64,000 bases of DNA from Oligoflexia bacterium (lineage in GTDB: Bacteria; Bdellovibrionota; UBA1018), in the NCBI GenBank assembly GCA_023701205.1, contig JAMPXJ010000006.1, positions 86,404 through 150,403 on the forward strand. Direction: 5' to 3'. The position numbers and the translations under genes were made by a program. The stretch's first letter is position 1. Every line of letters starts with the position of its first letter. Below the pieces are notes generated by a model. It did no database searches, had not been told where the DNA came from, and was given only the letters and a program-made list of their open reading frames with translations. Shown here piece after piece: positions 1-9,793 of the stretch.

Positions 1-1
1 G

Positions 2-415
2 ACGAAGCTCCCTTTGCCGGAAGACGGGGAACCGCTCGCGCGCTTCGGTATCGCGGTCTGTCGCGCCCTCAAGAGCAATGCCGTGGCACTCGTGCGCGCG
101 ATCCCGGGCCTCGCCGGAGGATATCAGCTCGTGGGCGCTGGCCAGGGCCAGCCCAACCGGATCGAGGCGCTGCAGGCTCTGGCCATCCCGCGCGCGCAGG
201 CAGTCCTGCGCGAAGGTGGCGGTCGGCTCGGGGATTGCCTGCTGGTGAGCGATGCGTTTTTTCCATTCCGCGATACGGTGGATGCCGCGCATGCGGCGGG
301 GATTCGGATGATCGTGCAGCCCGGGGGCAGCATCAAGGACGCCGAGAGCATCGCGGCCTGCGATGAGCATGGCATCGCGATGGCGTTTACGGGGGTTCGG
401 CATTTCCGGCATTGA
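2..415 (+). CDS. purH: Bifunctional AICAR formyltransferase/IMP cyclohydrolase PurH, C-terminal fragment (5' end outside window)
   Basis: Translation ends ...VSDAFFPFRD...GGSIKD...AFTGVRHFRH, the conserved PurH C-terminus; the reading frame is open to the window edge. Confidence 0.85.
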   Translation, partial: TKLPLPEDGEPLARFGIAVCRALKSNAVALVRAIPGLAGGYQLVGAGQGQPNRIEALQALAIPRAQAVLREGGGRLGDCLLVSDAFFPFRDTVDAAHAAGIRMIVQPGGSIKDAESIAACDEHGIAMAFTGVRHFRH

Positions 416-597
416 ACTGAGGATTCCCGGAACCGCGCGCTAGCCGGTGTGGCATTAAGTCAAACTGTAGCAGAATAATGTGCAAACACGGAAACAGACG
501 TAAAAACAGTTAGTTAAGGCTTGCTTACTCATTCTGTAATAATTATGGACGCCCCTAATTTCACTGCTATAAAGGGCAAAATCAAAGGGGACTTACG

Positions 598-984
598 ATG
601 AAAAGAGTGTCGCTGCTGGCGTTTGTATTTCTTTGTTCCTCCGTTAATGCTTTTGCGGTTGAGCCTGTCGTTCAGTGTATGTGGCGGGACTCCAATGCCG
701 CAGCGAACGGCAACACCGAAAACAGGTTTAAACTTCCGCTGACGGGGAATGACGACATTCATCATTCATTCAAGTCCCCAGCAGATTCTGCAGTCACTTT
801 CACGGTTTCCTATACTCGTTCGTTCAACACCGTTGATACGTTTATTCGGGATGAAGAACTTGGTGTTGAAGCAATGGCAACTGAATGGATGAACGAACCC
901 AAAAAAAAAGCCATGTCTGCAGTCCGGCTTTCTACTCGTAAAGGGAGCTACATTCTTTCGTGTGCCATTGTTGGCGGCGAATGA
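598..984 (+). CDS. Hypothetical small secreted protein (low-GC island)
   Basis: N-terminal signal peptide MKRVSLLAFVFLCSSVNAFA|VEP with an AXA cleavage motif; local GC is far below the flanks; a purine-rich stretch sits upstream of the ATG. Confidence 0.5.
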   Translation: MKRVSLLAFVFLCSSVNAFAVEPVVQCMWRDSNAAANGNTENRFKLPLTGNDDIHHSFKSPADSAVTFTVSYTRSFNTVDTFIRDEELGVEAMATEWMNEPKKKAMSAVRLSTRKGSYILSCAIVGGE

Positions 985-1422
985 TCAAAAGAGAGAGTAG
1001 CCGTTATTCACGGCGATAAAGAGCCAGATGTGATGCTCCAGGTATTTTAGGTTCGGTGTGAATCCCCAGAATCGTCGCCTAAGTCGTGAGATCCTGGAGC
1101 GAAGAACCGCACATTTTTGATTTATACTGAACAGCGGGTCAAATGCCTTCGTGAGAGTTTTCCCGTTCTTCTGCTTTTTGTTCCACCAGCTCCCTGGATC
1201 TGGCTTGAGCGAAAAATCCTCCAAGTCCCCGTGTTTTTCAAAGCTTGAAAGAGCCCGCTCCCTGAGCTTCAAGTCGGAGCCACTGTGTTTTTGGTAGTTG
1301 GCGAACGGCAAAATCCTGTTCACCAGGGGCTCATATTCAACCCACTTGTCGCTCGCTATAGTGAAGTTCTTCTCGTCTTTGAAACGACATTGGTAAGATC
1401 CCGGAGCATTGCCTTTAGCCAA
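985..1422 (-). CDS. Hypothetical protein (low-GC island), convergent with and abutting the previous ORF
   Basis: 145-aa ORF in the AT-rich block with balanced composition (W,Y,F,K-rich); its stop is immediately adjacent to the stop of 598..984. Confidence 0.4.
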   Translation of the reverse strand: MAKGNAPGSYQCRFKDEKNFTIASDKWVEYEPLVNRILPFANYQKHSGSDLKLRERALSSFEKHGDLEDFSLKPDPGSWWNKKQKNGKTLTKAFDPLFSINQKCAVLRSRISRLRRRFWGFTPNLKYLEHHIWLFIAVNNGYSLF

Positions 1423-1563
1423 TTTCAGAAGTTAGAAAAAAACCCCGAACATTATTTCTCTACAGTTTGCATTAAGTAGCCGAAAATAAAGACGGATTTC
1501 CTTTTTCGAACCTAACAAGAGGAAGGGGTAGCGAGAAATGACGCAGCGTGTTATCAGGCGCCC

Positions 1564-2268
1564 ATGAATCATTTCCTTTCGCTATTCGCCCTGATCTTTT
1601 CTGTTTCGGCACCGGCCGCGGAGCTGTCGCAATCGAAGGCTTCGCCTTCAGAGGATTCCGCCGGTTTCGAGAACTTCTACCAGCGCGTGATGCAGATCCG
1701 TCAGGACTCTTCGCGCGAGAATGAGAGCCTGGTTTTTCACCCCGTCCCGTCCGGCCCTCGAGTTCGTCTCATGGGCGAGTGGGACCCGCAGAACTGGGGC
1801 ATTTCAGACTCGCGGAACGGCGACCTCGTCTTTCTGATCGGCCACCTGGAAGCCAGTCCGACTCGCCAGGAGATGAAGAAGTTCCATGGAATGATCAAAT
1901 GGGCGATCGATTCAGGGTTTCGCGCGGTGATGGACCCGGCGGCGCTGAACGAGGAGCTCCGGCAGACCGTGCGCTCCGACAGGACTTCCGTGGTCATCTG
2001 GTCGAGTCACGGTTCGGCCGATGGCCGCGTGTGGGACGCAAAGGAGCGTGCCGTGCCGGCCGATGCTTTCGCCGACCGCGCGGGCGATCTGTTGAAGATG
2101 TATGTCCTGAGCAATTGCTCCGGCGAGAATACCGTCAAGCATTACCGGTTCAAGCCGGGTAGCAGGCACGTTTATTGGGAAGGCAAGACGACCAGTCAGG
2201 CGCTTTTCAGCTATCTTTACTCCACCCTCTTTGACGATGGCCTGAGGGATCTCGGCTTTTCGCTGTAA
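1564..2268 (+). CDS. Secreted hypothetical protein, possible clan-CD (caspase/gingipain-like) cysteine peptidase fold
   Basis: Signal peptide MNHFLSLFALIFSVSAPAA; hydrophobic-block+His-Gly (VVIWSSHG) and hydrophobic-block+Cys (MYVLSNCSG) about 36 aa apart, the pattern of clan CD peptidases; assignment is inference. Confidence 0.55.
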   Translation: MNHFLSLFALIFSVSAPAAELSQSKASPSEDSAGFENFYQRVMQIRQDSSRENESLVFHPVPSGPRVRLMGEWDPQNWGISDSRNGDLVFLIGHLEASPTRQEMKKFHGMIKWAIDSGFRAVMDPAALNEELRQTVRSDRTSVVIWSSHGSADGRVWDAKERAVPADAFADRAGDLLKMYVLSNCSGENTVKHYRFKPGSRHVYWEGKTTSQALFSYLYSTLFDDGLRDLGFSL

Positions 2269-2358
2269 AACGCGGTTGCCGGATGTCTCTCTGCCGGAAA
2301 AAAGGTCGGCAGCAGGTATCCGGCATTCCGTCAATCAGCAAACCGGTTCAGAGCGGGC

Positions 2359-2949
2359 TTACGGCCGCAGTTCCGGCCGCGTTCCCATCAGCTCATTGAG
2401 CTGCAGCACGAACTCCACCGCCGCGCGCGCGTCCTTTCCCTCGGTGGGGCTGTTGCAGTAGAGCCTCCGGCCGTAGACCGTTTCGATCTCGATCCAGTGA
2501 GGACAGCTGTCCTTGGGTGAGGGAGTGGCCGAAGGGAGACCTAGCGCGAGCTGACTGACCTTTTGGCGAAGCCCGAGCTCGAGCTTCTCGTCCAGGCGGA
2601 TCATCAGCGCATTGCCGGCGTCCTCGGCCGTCGCGATGCGGGTCATCGTGGTCTCGGAAAGCCCGCGCTCGACCTTCCACACGATGAGGGCCTGCTCGAC
2701 ATGCGCGGCGATCCCTTCCTGGATATTCCAGATGAGGTCCTTGAATTCCGGTTCGGACTCTCCCGGCGCGGCGGAATCAAAGGGATTGGGCAGGATCGGC
2801 TGGAAAGTATCGGAGAGCGCCGGCGAGGGCTCGTCCGGCAATGGGCGCTTGCCGGCCGCTTGCGTCGGCTCGGAAAAGGTCAGAGCCGCCAGAAACGACA
2901 GGACCGAAAGCAAGGAAACGGAAATCAGGTTTTTGGATTCACTCGGCAT
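2359..2949 (-). CDS. Secreted hypothetical protein
   Basis: N-terminal signal peptide (LISVSLLSVLSFLAALTFSEPTQA); balanced composition; the antisense-frame ORFs are Arg/Gly-rich artefacts. Confidence 0.5.
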   Translation of the reverse strand: MPSESKNLISVSLLSVLSFLAALTFSEPTQAAGKRPLPDEPSPALSDTFQPILPNPFDSAAPGESEPEFKDLIWNIQEGIAAHVEQALIVWKVERGLSETTMTRIATAEDAGNALMIRLDEKLELGLRQKVSQLALGLPSATPSPKDSCPHWIEIETVYGRRLYCNSPTEGKDARAAVEFVLQLNELMGTRPELRP

Positions 2950-3172
2950 TTTTCCACCCCACCCAAAATTTTCAATACCTGATTTTGACGAACAGCAATC
3001 GATATGCCAGGGATTCGAGCCGCGAGCGTATTTGGAAATTCCATTTAAATCAAACCATTGTTAGTTTGTAGCCACCCAATGAGCGGGGCGTTTCGAGAGA
3101 TAAGTTGGCTCCGGTGACGAAATGGGACTATGGCCAGAAAGGGCCAGGCAATTTTCGGGAGACAGGGACACG

Positions 3173-4216
3173 ATGGCGGCCTTGGATTACGCGCAGTCGG
3201 GAGTGAATCGCGAAGCGGCGGACCGTCTGGTCGAACGGATCGCGCTCCTGGCGAAAGCCACCTTGAACCGGAGGGTGAAAGCCGCCGTGGGCGGGTACGC
3301 TTCCCTTTTCGAACTCGATCGGAAACGCTGGCTTGCCGCCTCGACCGATGGCGTGGGGACGAAGCTCAAGCTCGCGTTCCGGCTGCGCGAGCACCGGACG
3401 GTAGGCGTCGATCTGGTCGCGATGTCGGTGAACGACATTCTTTGCGTCGGCGCCGAGCCGCTTTTCTTCCTCGATTACTTCGCTACGGGCCGGCTCGATC
3501 CGGGAGTGGCCGAGCAGGTGCTCGAAGGGATCGTCGAGGGCTGCCGGCAGTCGGGCTGCGCGCTCGTGGGCGGCGAGACCGCCGAGATGCCGGAATTTTA
3601 CGCGGCGGGGGAATACGACCTGGGTGGCTTCGCCGTGGGGCTGGTCGAGCCCCGGCGGGCGCTGCCTTCGCGCGAGATCCGCGCGGGCGATGTGCTCGTG
3701 GGTCTGGGCTCGAGCGGCTGTCACAGCAACGGTTATAGCCTGCTCAGAAAGCTTCTGCCCGAGGGCGCCGAGGGCGACGCGCGGGCGCGTGAGCTGCTCA
3801 CGCCGACGCGGATCTATGTCAAGGCGGTGAGAAAGCTCCTGGAGCGCGGGTGGGTGAAAGGCCTGGCTCATATCACGGGCTCAGGCTACCTCAACGTGCC
3901 GCGCATGTCCGAACGGGTGAGTTATCGGATCTCGCTGCCGCCGCGCGCGGAGCTTCCCTCGATTTATGACTGGGTTCGCGAGCGTTCGGGACTGCCGTTT
4001 TCGGAGCTCGCGTGCACTTTCAATCTGGGGATCGGGATGGTGCTCGTCGTTCCGGCCCGTAAAGCGGAAGAAGCCGTGAAGCTCGCCCGGCGCGCGGGCG
4101 AGAAGGCCTGGATCATCGGCGAGGTGACGGGAAAGGCGCGGGGCCGGGATTCCTCGGTCGCGATCTCGCAGGAAGGCGAGACGGCGGTGCTGGATTATGG
4201 GTCTGATTCCGGCTGA
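3173..4216 (+). CDS. purM: Phosphoribosylformylglycinamidine cyclo-ligase (AIR synthetase) PurM
   Basis: DYAQSGVN..., STDGVGTKLKLAF, VNDILCVGAEPLFFLDYFATG motifs; start moved to the second ATG (3173) so the N-terminus aligns with the canonical PurM start. Confidence 0.9.
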   Translation: MAALDYAQSGVNREAADRLVERIALLAKATLNRRVKAAVGGYASLFELDRKRWLAASTDGVGTKLKLAFRLREHRTVGVDLVAMSVNDILCVGAEPLFFLDYFATGRLDPGVAEQVLEGIVEGCRQSGCALVGGETAEMPEFYAAGEYDLGGFAVGLVEPRRALPSREIRAGDVLVGLGSSGCHSNGYSLLRKLLPEGAEGDARARELLTPTRIYVKAVRKLLERGWVKGLAHITGSGYLNVPRMSERVSYRISLPPRAELPSIYDWVRERSGLPFSELACTFNLGIGMVLVVPARKAEEAVKLARRAGEKAWIIGEVTGKARGRDSSVAISQEGETAVLDYGSDSG

Positions 4217-6935
4217 ACTGATCCCGCTGGAGCGGCTCGCCGGCCTGAGCCCCGCGACCTGGCTTGCGGTGGGCCCGGGCTTCGCGCGCGAGGAGATCAA
4301 GGCGCTGCTGCTCGAATCAGGCTCCGCTTTCGTCGCGGATGCGGTGACGACCGCTCCGGAAATCGCGCGCAAGGTGCTCAACGCCTCGGGACGGTCGATC
4401 GGGAGCGAGGCCGTGCTGGAGAGCCTCGGACGCCAGGAGGTGCTGCGGCTGCTGCTCGGGGAGCGGCGGCTGAGTGCGCGCTTTCCCGAGCTCAAGAAGC
4501 TCCGCCGGCAGGGCGGCTTCTTCCGGCGGCTGGACCGCGCGCTTCAGGCGGGGCGGCTCGCCATCTCCCACGCCGAGGAGGAGGAGGCGATCCTCGGAAG
4601 GCTCGAGCAGCGTTTCGGGAAGAGCTCCCTTCGGGAGGAGTTGTCGCTGCTCGCGCGCGCGTACGAGGCGTGGCTCATGGGCTCGGAACTTTGGGATCCG
4701 CCGCTGCTGTTGCGCCAGGCCACCGAGGCGCTCGCGCGCGAATGGCCCGCGCGCCTGCAGCAGCCCGGGGAGATTCTCCATTTCACGATCCAGCAGCCCG
4801 AAAGCTTGGAGCGCACCTTCTGGGACGCGCTCTCGCGAACGGTGCCGGTTCGCCGGCCCGAATGGGGAACGCCCGCGGGGCCGGGCGTCCGGGAGGTTCG
4901 GTGGTCCTGGGAACGCTGGCATACGCTGGATGACGCCGCCGAAAGGCTGGCCGAATGCCTTGCCGCCGAGCGGGATCTTACCGGGCACGCGGTACTGCTG
5001 GCGGATTCTCCATCGGTGCGGCGTTCGCTCAAGCGCGCGCTGCGCGACTGGGGCGTGACCGAAGCCGATCCCCGCGATCCACTGAGGCTCCAGCAGGAGG
5101 AGGCCGTGAAGTGGGCTCTTCTGCCGCTGGAGCTGGTCGGACGCGGTTACGAGCGTGAGCAGGTCGTGGCCTGGATCCGCGGTTTTCTCTCGGACCCGGA
5201 GGCGCGGCGCGAGGGCCCGGGCTGGGTCGCGGAAACCAGCGCGCGGGGTCTGCGGCTGGGGCGACGCGGGTACCAAGGCGGGGCCTTGACTCCCGTGTTC
5301 ACTCGCCTGGAACGGCTGGAAGCGACGCTCGGCGGGCGAAAATCCTGCGATGAGCTCGCGAAAGCGCATCTCGCGCTTCTTCGCGAGAACCTCGATGAGC
5401 GCGGCGAGGCCGCCGCGGCGCTGGGATGGGCGCTCGGGTTTTTCGAGGAGCTTTGGGCGCGCTTCGGTCGAGAGCTCGAGATCCTCGGACTGCGTGATCG
5501 TCGTGCGCCCCCGCTTTATTGGCTCGAGCGGATCGTCGCGCGGGTGCAGGAAAGTCCGGCCCCCGTGGAGCGCGCGCGACCATCCGGCGGCTTGGCCGTC
5601 TACCGGCTGCAGCAGGCGCCGCTCCGGGGCGCGCGCAAGCTCTGGGTTTTCGGACTTTCCGGCCGCTGGCTTTCGGCGGAAGGGGTGGGGGATTACTTTT
5701 TCAGCGAGCGGGAGCGCGAGGTGCTTTCGGCGGAGTTCGCCGTGCGTTCGGGAATCCAGGCTCGGGCGGAGCGCCTCTCCGCGTTGCGCGCCTGGCTCGC
5801 CGGGGCGCAGGAAATCGCCCTGCTGGATGCGCTTCACGATCCCGACGGCGGCGAGCGCGAGCTGCTCACGCCGGTCTTGAAGGAATGGGGTGGCCCGCAC
5901 ACGCCTTCCGAGCCCCTGGACAAGGGGGCGCATCCGCGCTGGTCGGCGAGCTATGGAGCGCTTCGCCCGCTGCAGCCCCAGGAGGCACGGCTGCCGGCGC
6001 TGCCGGCGCGACCCGGCGCCAGCTGCCCGGAGATCACCGCGACCGCGCTCGATCGTTACAGCCGCTGCGCCTTCCAGGCCCTGGCGTTCGACCGCTGGAA
6101 GCTGCGCGATTCCCGCGAGCCCGACTGCGATCTCTGGCCGGATGCGCGCGGGAATATCCTGCACGAGGCGGTGCGGCTGCTCATTGAGGGACGTGACGAC
6201 GCCGGCGGTTTCTCGCTCAGTCCCGCCGAGGCGCTCGACCGCGCCTGGCGCCGCAAACCGCCCAAAGGCCTGCTCCGCAGCGCGAGTCTCGAGCGGCACC
6301 TGAGATCGCGCCTCGTCCAGGTGCTTGAGTCCTTCTGCGAGAAAGAACGCGAGTACCAGCGCCGCGCGGGCGCGCGGCCGCGGCTGCTCGACGATACGTC
6401 GCTTCGGCTCGAGCTGGGAGAGGTCGCGATCAAAGGCACCCCTGATCGCATCGACGAGATTTCCGAGGGGCTCTTCGTCATGGACTACAAGACCTCCGGA
6501 GGGCTCCCGAGCGGCGCGGACATGGTGGAACTGGGCTATCGCCTGCAGCTGCCTTTTTACGCGCTCGCGGCCGAGGAGCGGCTGGGAAGGCCCGTGCTCG
6601 GCGTCCAGTTCATCGAGCTCAGTCGCAAGGGCTCACGCTCGAGCGGGATCTTCTTCAAGCGCCACAACGGGAAAGAGCCCGGCAAGCTCACCCAGGTCCG
6701 CTCCAATTCCCGGAGCCTCCTGCCCGGCGAGCCCGGGGAGCTCTGGCCCGTGCTGCGCGAGCGGATCGCGGCGGAGGCGAAAGGTTTCGCCCGCGGAGAG
6801 TTCGCCGCCCGTCCCAAGCGGGGTGACCGGGAATGCCAGGGCTGCGTAGCCGGGGATCTGTGCGGATATCGCCGCCGGATCAGCGACGGGCTCACTGACG
6901 AGGCTTCCGAAAAAGCCGAGGGAGGCGCCGAATGA
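4197..6935 (+). CDS. addB: AddB/RexB-like subunit of a helicase-nuclease: PD-(D/E)XK RecB-family nuclease with Fe-S cysteines, no Walker A seen
   Basis: C-terminal RecB-nuclease motif ...DRIDEISEGLFVMDYKTSG...; Cys upstream (YSRCAF) plus CQGCVAGDLCGY downstream, as in the AddB Fe-S cluster; 20-nt overlap with purM stop; ATGA overlap with downstream addA. Confidence 0.75.
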   Translation: MGLIPAELIPLERLAGLSPATWLAVGPGFAREEIKALLLESGSAFVADAVTTAPEIARKVLNASGRSIGSEAVLESLGRQEVLRLLLGERRLSARFPELKKLRRQGGFFRRLDRALQAGRLAISHAEEEEAILGRLEQRFGKSSLREELSLLARAYEAWLMGSELWDPPLLLRQATEALAREWPARLQQPGEILHFTIQQPESLERTFWDALSRTVPVRRPEWGTPAGPGVREVRWSWERWHTLDDAAERLAECLAAERDLTGHAVLLADSPSVRRSLKRALRDWGVTEADPRDPLRLQQEEAVKWALLPLELVGRGYEREQVVAWIRGFLSDPEARREGPGWVAETSARGLRLGRRGYQGGALTPVFTRLERLEATLGGRKSCDELAKAHLALLRENLDERGEAAAALGWALGFFEELWARFGRELEILGLRDRRAPPLYWLERIVARVQESPAPVERARPSGGLAVYRLQQAPLRGARKLWVFGLSGRWLSAEGVGDYFFSEREREVLSAEFAVRSGIQARAERLSALRAWLAGAQEIALLDALHDPDGGERELLTPVLKEWGGPHTPSEPLDKGAHPRWSASYGALRPLQPQEARLPALPARPGASCPEITATALDRYSRCAFQALAFDRWKLRDSREPDCDLWPDARGNILHEAVRLLIEGRDDAGGFSLSPAEALDRAWRRKPPKGLLRSASLERHLRSRLVQVLESFCEKEREYQRRAGARPRLLDDTSLRLELGEVAIKGTPDRIDEISEGLFVMDYKTSGGLPSGADMVELGYRLQLPFYALAAEERLGRPVLGVQFIELSRKGSRSSGIFFKRHNGKEPGKLTQVRSNSRSLLPGEPGELWPVLRERIAAEAKGFARGEFAARPKRGDRECQGCVAGDLCGYRRRISDGLTDEASEKAEGGAE

Positions 6936-9793
6936 GCGGGGAAACGGCGCCAGCGACGAATCTCTCTCCCGAACAGCAGCAGGTGGTGGACACCTGGGGC
7001 AGGGGAATGGCCGTGCTCGCGGGCGCGGGCTCGGGCAAGACGACGACGCTCGTGCTCAAGTGCGCGGAGCTGCTCAGGCGCAGGCCCGACGCGCGCTTCG
7101 CGGCGGTTTCCTTCACGGAGCGTTCCGCCGGGGATCTCCGGCTCAAGCTCTCCGAGCGACTCTCGCTCGAGGGGGAGGGTGGCGCCCTGGGCGGACATTG
7201 GGTCATGACGATCCACGGCCTGTGCCGCGCGATCCTGCGCGAGTACCCGCGCGAGGCGGGATTCGACGGCGAGGAGACGATGCTCTCGGAAGCCGAAGGA
7301 CAGCTCCTGTGGGAACGCGCCATCGAGTCGCTCTGGTTCGATGAGCTGCCCCCGGAGGTCGCGCGCGGGCTGGACGCGCTGCTGGCGCGCGAGAGCCGCG
7401 CGAGCGTTTTCCAGCTCCTCAAGCGGGTGCGCGAGCTCGCCGGCTTCGGAGGCCTGGAGTCGCTCGCGCGTTCGGAGGACGAAGCCGCGCGCGCGCTCGC
7501 GGCGATCGCCGGTCACGTGCTCTCGCGCTTCGAGCGACTGAAGCGACGCCGCGGGGCGCTTGATTTCTCGGATCTCGAGCTCGGGGCGGATCGCGCCCTG
7601 GAACATGCCCACGTCCGGGAAGCCTTTCACCGCCGCTTCGAGCTGGTGCTGGTTGACGAGTTCCAGGACACCAACCCCCTGCAGGCGAGGATCATCCTCA
7701 GATTTTGCCGGCCCGATACCTCGAACCTCTGCGTCGTGGGCGACCCCAAGCAGTCGATCTACCGCTTCCGCGACGCCGACGTGAGCGTCTTCGAGGATTT
7801 CTGCCGCAGGCTTCCTTCGCGTCACGTGCTGAGCTGGAACTTCCGCAGCCGGCCCGGCATCATCGAGTTCGCAAACGCCGTCTGCGCGCGCGCGTTCGCG
7901 GAGCCGGACGCGGCGCAGGCCATGCCTTACGACGCGCTGGAGCCGCGGCGCGAAGCCGACCCCGGCGCGATTCCGGTCGGGCGCCTCGACGTGCGCTCGC
8001 CCGCGGAGCTCGCCGCCTGGATCGGCGCCGAAGCCGCGCGGGGGGTGCCTTTGCACGAGATGGCGCTGCTCGTGCGTCGCATCCGCGGCAACGAGAAGTG
8101 GTTCAAGGCCCTGACTGCGGCGGGAATCCCGATCGCCATCGGCAGCGGCGGCCTCTTCTGGGAGGATCCGAGAGCGCGCGAGCTCGTGGCTTTCCTGCGC
8201 TGGTGGGATCTGCCGGCGAACTCGCTTTCGGGCGCGGTTTTCCTGCGTGCGCCGTGGGTGGGCGTCGCGGACGCCGAGCTCGACGCCTGGCACGGGAAGG
8301 ACCCGACGCTTTGGTCGCCGTTTTTCGCCTCCTCCCATCCGCTCGCGCGGGCGTTGTCGCCGCTGCGGGAGCGACCCGTGCGCCCCGGCGAGCTGCTCGA
8401 GGCGCTGCTGGTCGACGAGGGGCTCGAGCGCGAGCTCGGTGCGGCGCTGCTGGGGCTTTGGCATCGCGCCGAGGAGCTTTCGCTTCGCGGGCTCGACTTC
8501 CATCAGGTCGTGCTCGAGCTTGCGCGCGCGATCGAGGAGGGTCGGCGCGAGCGCGACGTTCCGCCTCCGCGCAACCTCGGGCAGCTTCCGGTCCTGACCT
8601 TCCACTCCTCCAAGGGCCTGGAGTTCAAGCACGTGATCCTGATCGATCTGGGCGAGAAGCCGCGCGCGATGCCCGCACCGCTGCTTTTCTGGGATCGCGA
8701 GCGGGGTGCATATCTCGGTCCGCGCGACGGCGACGGCGAGCGCGACCGCAAGCATCCGGTGGAGAACGCATGGCGCGAGACGGAGCGGGCGCGGAATCTC
8801 GCGGAGAGCAAACGCATCTTCTACGTGGCGCTCACGCGCGCGCGCGAGCGCCTGGTGCTGGCGTGCCCCGAGCTCTCGGAAAAGGCGCGCGAAAAGGGCT
8901 TCGATCCCGCCAAGGTTTATGGCGAAGAGGACTGGCGCGGTTGGCTGGAGTGTTCGGGCATCCGGCTGCCGGCGCTCTCGTCGGCGGACTGGCCCGGCCC
9001 CGGTGCCTCGACGGCCGACTCCGGTGCGGGGGGGCGCCCTGTTACGGAGCGTTCACGGGCTCTCCCGTTGCGGAGACCCCGCCATAGCGTGACGGAATGG
9101 AATCTGCTCGCGAAATGCCCGCGCGCCTATGAGTGGATGCACGCGCGACCGCGGCGGGTACCTTGCGAGTCGGAGCCCGAGCAGGAGGGGATCCCGCAGG
9201 CGGATCTCGGGAGCCGGGCTCACGCGGCGCTGGAGCTCGGAAATGAGGAAGCCTTGCGCGCCCTCGAAGCGGAGTTCGGAGCCGAGCGTTTCCGGGCCGC
9301 GCCGGTGTTGGAGTGGCTGCGCTCCAGCCGGTGGATGCGGCCGGGGCTGCGCGCATGGAGCGAGCTCGCGTTCGAGGTGCCGGTGCGAGGCCCCCTGGGA
9401 CCCGAAGCGCTGGTGGGCTCGATCGACCGCCTCGCCCTGGATCCCGATTCGGAACGCTTCGCGGTGATCGACTTCAAGGTGACCGCGCGCGCGCGCGCGC
9501 CGCGGAGTCTGCTGGAGTCCTATCGTTTGCAGCTGGAGCTTTACGCATGGGCGATCCAGGCGCTGCAGCCCGGGCTCGATCGCGAGAAGCTCGAGGCGTG
9601 GATCGTGAATCTCTCGCCCGAAGGCGTTTCGGAGATCCGCGTACCGCTCGAAGACGTTCGCGGTCCCTCGCCCGAGGCCTTGGCTTCGGAGGCCGCGCGG
9701 ATCGTCGCAGGCGGGGAAGGAGAGGCTCGGCCGGGTTCCCATTGCCGGTACTGTCGGGTGCGGGTGCTCTGTCCTCGCGCCGAATCCGATTGA
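6932..9793 (+). CDS. addA: AddA/UvrD-family ATP-dependent helicase with C-terminal RecB-type nuclease domain
   Basis: Walker A GAGSGKTTTL; UvrD motifs (VDEFQDTNPLQ; ...TFHSSKGLEFKHV; FYVALTRAR); C-terminal nuclease motif AVIDFKVT and a cysteine cluster CRYCRVRVLCP. Confidence 0.85.
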   Translation: MSGETAPATNLSPEQQQVVDTWGRGMAVLAGAGSGKTTTLVLKCAELLRRRPDARFAAVSFTERSAGDLRLKLSERLSLEGEGGALGGHWVMTIHGLCRAILREYPREAGFDGEETMLSEAEGQLLWERAIESLWFDELPPEVARGLDALLARESRASVFQLLKRVRELAGFGGLESLARSEDEAARALAAIAGHVLSRFERLKRRRGALDFSDLELGADRALEHAHVREAFHRRFELVLVDEFQDTNPLQARIILRFCRPDTSNLCVVGDPKQSIYRFRDADVSVFEDFCRRLPSRHVLSWNFRSRPGIIEFANAVCARAFAEPDAAQAMPYDALEPRREADPGAIPVGRLDVRSPAELAAWIGAEAARGVPLHEMALLVRRIRGNEKWFKALTAAGIPIAIGSGGLFWEDPRARELVAFLRWWDLPANSLSGAVFLRAPWVGVADAELDAWHGKDPTLWSPFFASSHPLARALSPLRERPVRPGELLEALLVDEGLERELGAALLGLWHRAEELSLRGLDFHQVVLELARAIEEGRRERDVPPPRNLGQLPVLTFHSSKGLEFKHVILIDLGEKPRAMPAPLLFWDRERGAYLGPRDGDGERDRKHPVENAWRETERARNLAESKRIFYVALTRARERLVLACPELSEKAREKGFDPAKVYGEEDWRGWLECSGIRLPALSSADWPGPGASTADSGAGGRPVTERSRALPLRRPRHSVTEWNLLAKCPRAYEWMHARPRRVPCESEPEQEGIPQADLGSRAHAALELGNEEALRALEAEFGAERFRAAPVLEWLRSSRWMRPGLRAWSELAFEVPVRGPLGPEALVGSIDRLALDPDSERFAVIDFKVTARARAPRSLLESYRLQLELYAWAIQALQPGLDREKLEAWIVNLSPEGVSEIRVPLEDVRGPSPEALASEAARIVAGGEGEARPGSHCRYCRVRVLCPRAESD

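Noticed and set aside
4317-6299. 660-aa minus-strand ORF antisense to addB, and 6557..8755 antisense to addA
   Set aside because: Same artefact; the plus strand carries the Walker A, UvrD and RecB-nuclease motifs
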